DNA of 64,000 nucleotides from Podarcis muralis. Lineage: Eukaryota. The notes below the pieces were generated by a model. The model was not told where the DNA came from. It saw nothing but the letters and a program-made list of their open reading frames with translations, and searched no databases. This document shows, in pieces, positions 60,674-64,000 of the stretch (within the stretch, counting starts at the first letter, position 1; each line of letters starts with the position of its first letter). The DNA lies in contig NC_135667.1 of the NCBI RefSeq assembly GCF_964188315.1, positions 22,630,001 to 22,694,000 on the forward strand. The letters run 5' to 3'. Position numbers and translations under genes: made by a program.

Positions 60674-63255
60674 CTAATATCTCTTTATTATCTGCTCCTT
60701 CTTGTTCAGTTCTGGCCTCAGGATAATTATGTAGCATTTGGGAGCAAAGATACAACCTAGTAACCCAGCACTGGAGGACAAGATGGAGAAGATCTCCACA
60801 GCCACCATGTATTTTCCTTTTGTGCTTAAATAGGAAGGAACAAAAGACATCCAAACACTGCAGAAAACCAACATACTGAAAGTGATGAACTTGGCTTCAT
60901 TGAAGCTGTCTGGCAACTTCCTGGCCTGAAAAGCCACAGTGAAGCTAACAATGGCCAAGAATCCCAGGTAGCCCAGAACAGAATAAAACATAGTGACAGA
61001 ACCTTCATTGCATTCCACTACGATTTCTTGAGTAAGGGAGTGCATGTCAAAATGTGCAAATGGGGGGGTAGTGCATAGCCACACAGCACAAATAGTAGCT
61101 TGAATAAAGGAGCAGCCAAGAATGATAGAGTTTGTGAATCCTTTCCCCACCCATTTTCTCATGCTGCTCCCTGGCTTGGTGGCAACAAAAGCCAGAATCA
61201 CAGTTATCGTTTTTGCCAATATGCAGGAAACAGCTACAGAGAAGATGACACCAAAAGCAGTTTGTCTTAAACAGCAGTTCACTGTTTGGGGCAGGCCAAT
61301 GAATAATAACGAGCAGAGGAAGCAGAGTAATAGTGAGATAAGCAGAGAGTAGGTGAGGTTTCGATTGTTGGCTTTGACAATGGGAGTGTTCTGATGCTTA
61401 GCGAAGACTCCAAACACCAAAGCTGTGATCAGAGAAAAAGACAGAGCTAAGAAAGTTAAAAGGATCCCCAAAGTTTCTGTGAATGAGAGGAAGTTGACTC
61501 TCTTTGAAAGGCACTGATCTTTGTTCCTGTTTGGATACTGACCTTCTGGGCATTTTGAACATTCATCCATGTCTGGAAATAAAGAAGAAGAAGAAGTTTA
61601 TGTGTCTATCCCTGCAGCATATCATCACTTTTCTTTTTTTGAATATTTGCACTCTCTGTCCAATTAAGTTAATAGATCTGTCTCTAATGCTTTGCGTTCT
61701 GTACATATATTGCTTTAATTTGAAACCACAGCTCTGTTCAGAGGTTTATGCCAATGATTTATGCCAATGATTACTGTAACTTTGTGTGGCAGAGGAAGTG
61801 GAGGGTGGATATCCCTATCACCCTCCATGTGTTGAGGGCAACTCCTTGCAGTGGGCACCTGCGTAGCCTCCCCATGCATTTAAAACTTTGATTTTCCAGA
61901 GAGTGGGGGGAGGGATAGCTCAGTCGGTAGAGCCTGAGACTTAATCTCAGTGTTGTGGCTTCAAGCCTCATGTTAGGAAAAATGTTCTTGCATTGCTGGG
62001 GTTTGTACTAGATGATCCTTGTGTTCCCTTCCGACTCTGTGATTCTGTGATTTGGCATGAACCAAGTCACTTCCAACTCGATGATTCTATTTATCATAAA
62101 TTGCTTTTTTAAATTTCAAAGCTCTCCCTTTGATTATTGATATAATTTAAACGATACTTTGGTGGAATATGTGGGTTTCAGTCACTGCTAGCCATCTAGT
62201 TTCCCCCTCAGATGCCAAGTAGAGCTCAGGTTGATGCTTAATCTCACCATAATAAAACAACTCTCTATGGATTTATAATAATTCTGGACTGTAATATTTG
62301 GTCTAGACTTTTTCAACATGTTCAGGGAGTGGAGTGTGTGGCAAAATTAAAGCTGAATATCAGCTCAGCAGTATTTTTTGGGTGAGTACGAATTTTACCT
62401 ATTTTCAGGGACTGGGAGTTTCCTCGTACATTAAAGATAGCCCCAATAAAATAGGTAATATTTGTCCTCCCAGTGCAAAAATGACATTTGTAGGGTAGCC
62501 GATGACCCCGTGAAAGTGGGGTTCTAAAATGGTGAGCTGATTTGATACTATATCTCTCTAAATACCGGATTTGTCTAGATACCTTGTTTAGATACCAGAG
62601 AGAAGGTTGATAAGCTTGCTGACCTCTGCAGCGTTCCAGCAGGGAATTTTACATTGCAGTGCTATTCAAGGCATAACAAGGCAAGGCAAAACATACATTA
62701 TTTGTACAAGATGGATCAGCCTCAGCCAAAAGTTACAAAACAGGGCCATGAAGAGGACCGGGGGCTATGAACAACTACATCAATTACCAAAAGCAGTTAG
62801 ATGGTGTTATGATTTACCAGTATGTATCAAGATTATACCAGTATATTTACCAGTATATATCAGCAATGTTTATGTCATGTGGAATTTTAGGGACATATAC
62901 TGTCATACCTTAATAAATATTTCCTTTGCCAGAATGAAGATAATGTTTTGTTATTAATTAAATATAAGTATTCAGGGCTATACGTCTGCAGCATGTTAGG
63001 GGCATACATCATGGCTGGCTTATCACTATCCCAGACCTAATTTAGAGAACTCAATTGATAATAAACCAAAACCAATGAAAAGTATTTTAAATTGCTTATA
63101 TCTTATTGCTGCACATTATATGTCCTACCCTTCTGGTCTGAAATCTTCCCCTCTGGGCATGGGGCACAATCGTAGCAACAGAATTGCTTTCCTTCCTTCT
63201 TCTTTTTGCTGTATCCTGGATGACAATTGTCATTACACACAGCAAGAGGCAGCAC
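60674..63255 (-). CDS. V2R gene I, partial (exons 5 and 6; the remainder lies beyond the window)
   Basis: Exon 5 63255-63129 ([42 protein letters not shown]) and exon 6 61572-60674 (DMDECSKC...7TM...[22 protein letters not shown]); GT-AG, phase 1. Confidence 0.92.
61909..62051 (+). mobile_element. tRNA-Lys-derived SINE with CR1-type tail
   Basis: ggatagctcagtcggtagagcctgagacttaatctcag..gcttcaagcc resembles tRNA-Lys(CTT), followed by actagatgatcc..ttcccttccgactctgtgattctgtgatt (CR1 tail). Confidence 0.75.
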
Positions 63256-63312
63256 CTATCCATAAAAAAATGGGGTCGTGGTGGATCTGTTTTAAATGAA
63301 TTTGTAAACATA

Positions 63313-63432
63313 GGGTTGCATCCAGTGCTAGTCAGACTCTAAGTAGACTCATTGAAATTAAGGAACCTAAGTTAGCAATCTACATTAACTTCAGTGGGCC
63401 TATTCTAAGTAGGACTAGCATTGAATACAAGC
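63313..63432. mobile_element. Short palindromic MITE
   Basis: ttgcatccagtgctagtc ... gactagcattgaatacaa inverted termini. Confidence 0.6.
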
Positions 63433-63556
63433 ATAATTCGGCAGTTTCCACCTGATCATGTTTGTTCACATTAGAGCATGCTCAGTCTAATTTGACAGTC
63501 TAATGTGAACAAACATGATCAGGTGGAAACTGCCAAATTATGCTTGTATTCAATGC
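63418..63556. repeat. 58-bp inverted repeat with a 23-nt spacer
   Basis: 63418-63475 versus 63499-63556, with a single mismatch (C63439/A63535). Confidence 0.95.
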
Positions 63557-63599
63557 AGCCTCTTGGAATAATGGAATAATGGTGCTGTCCCAAGTGAGT

Positions 63600-63967
63600 C
63601 TCCATCCTCACCCTCCATCTCTCCTACTTCCTCATGCGTCATCACCATAGGTGCTGAAAAGTGCCCTCTGCCTTTGAGCTCTTTGCTCTCCTACTTTCAA
63701 GGCTCACAGAGTTTTGGGAGAGGGGGGATTCTGGAATGCTTTCTAAAGACACTGTGTCTGTCAGCTGCCGCCGCTGCCCCCGGTGCTTCCTCCTCCTCTT
63801 CTTCTTGCTCCTCCTCTCCCATTATTTCCCAGCTTTCCCCCTCATCTGCCTCTGAGCTGTGATCTCCCTCAAACCCTTGTTGTAATTCTGAACTGTCTTC
63901 TTCTTCTCTGGAAGGTTCAGGCTGGGGAGGCGGTCTCCACTATTCCTCCTCTGCCCTGTCCCTGACA
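63600..63967 (-). mobile_element. LTR-like fragment
   Basis: The minus strand begins TGTCAGGG at 63967 and is purine-rich like lizard Gypsy LTRs; the other terminus was not identified. Confidence 0.35.
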
Positions 63968-64000
63968 ATACATATATACAGTACTATACTATACAGTCAC

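Noticed and set aside
61909-61978. tRNA-Lys gene
   Set aside because: The anticodon loop has a 2-nt deletion, the acceptor stem and T-arm are decayed, and a CR1-type tail follows, so this is a SINE head.

Overview
Eukaryotic (squamate, probably lacertid lizard) genomic DNA holding a tandem cluster of vomeronasal type-2 receptor (V2R, class C GPCR) genes. I reconstructed five complete six-exon genes by hand: A (-), C (+), D (-), F (+) and H (+). All have GT-AG introns, consistent exon phases and open frames of 866-879 aa. The last two exons of a sixth gene (I, -) run off the right edge. Four broken V2R fragments lie at 13969-14290, about 14330-14780, 35300-36025 and about 46890-47520. Introns and intergenic DNA are filled with squamate repeats: L2, CR1, RTE/BovB, L1, Sauria SINE, a MIR-type SINE, a tRNA-Lys SINE, hAT and Tc1/mariner MITEs, solo LTRs and microsatellites. 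The most unusual structures are (1) a near-perfect 1.16-kb Penelope-type palindrome with two opposed hammerhead-ribozyme cores inside a (TA)n tract, (2) decapitated V2R fragments at both head-to-head junctions of the cluster, and (3) a 58-bp intronic hairpin. I see no evidence for a wholly new gene system; the main story is V2R birth-and-death and rearrangement. Repeat family names come from pattern recognition, not database searches.
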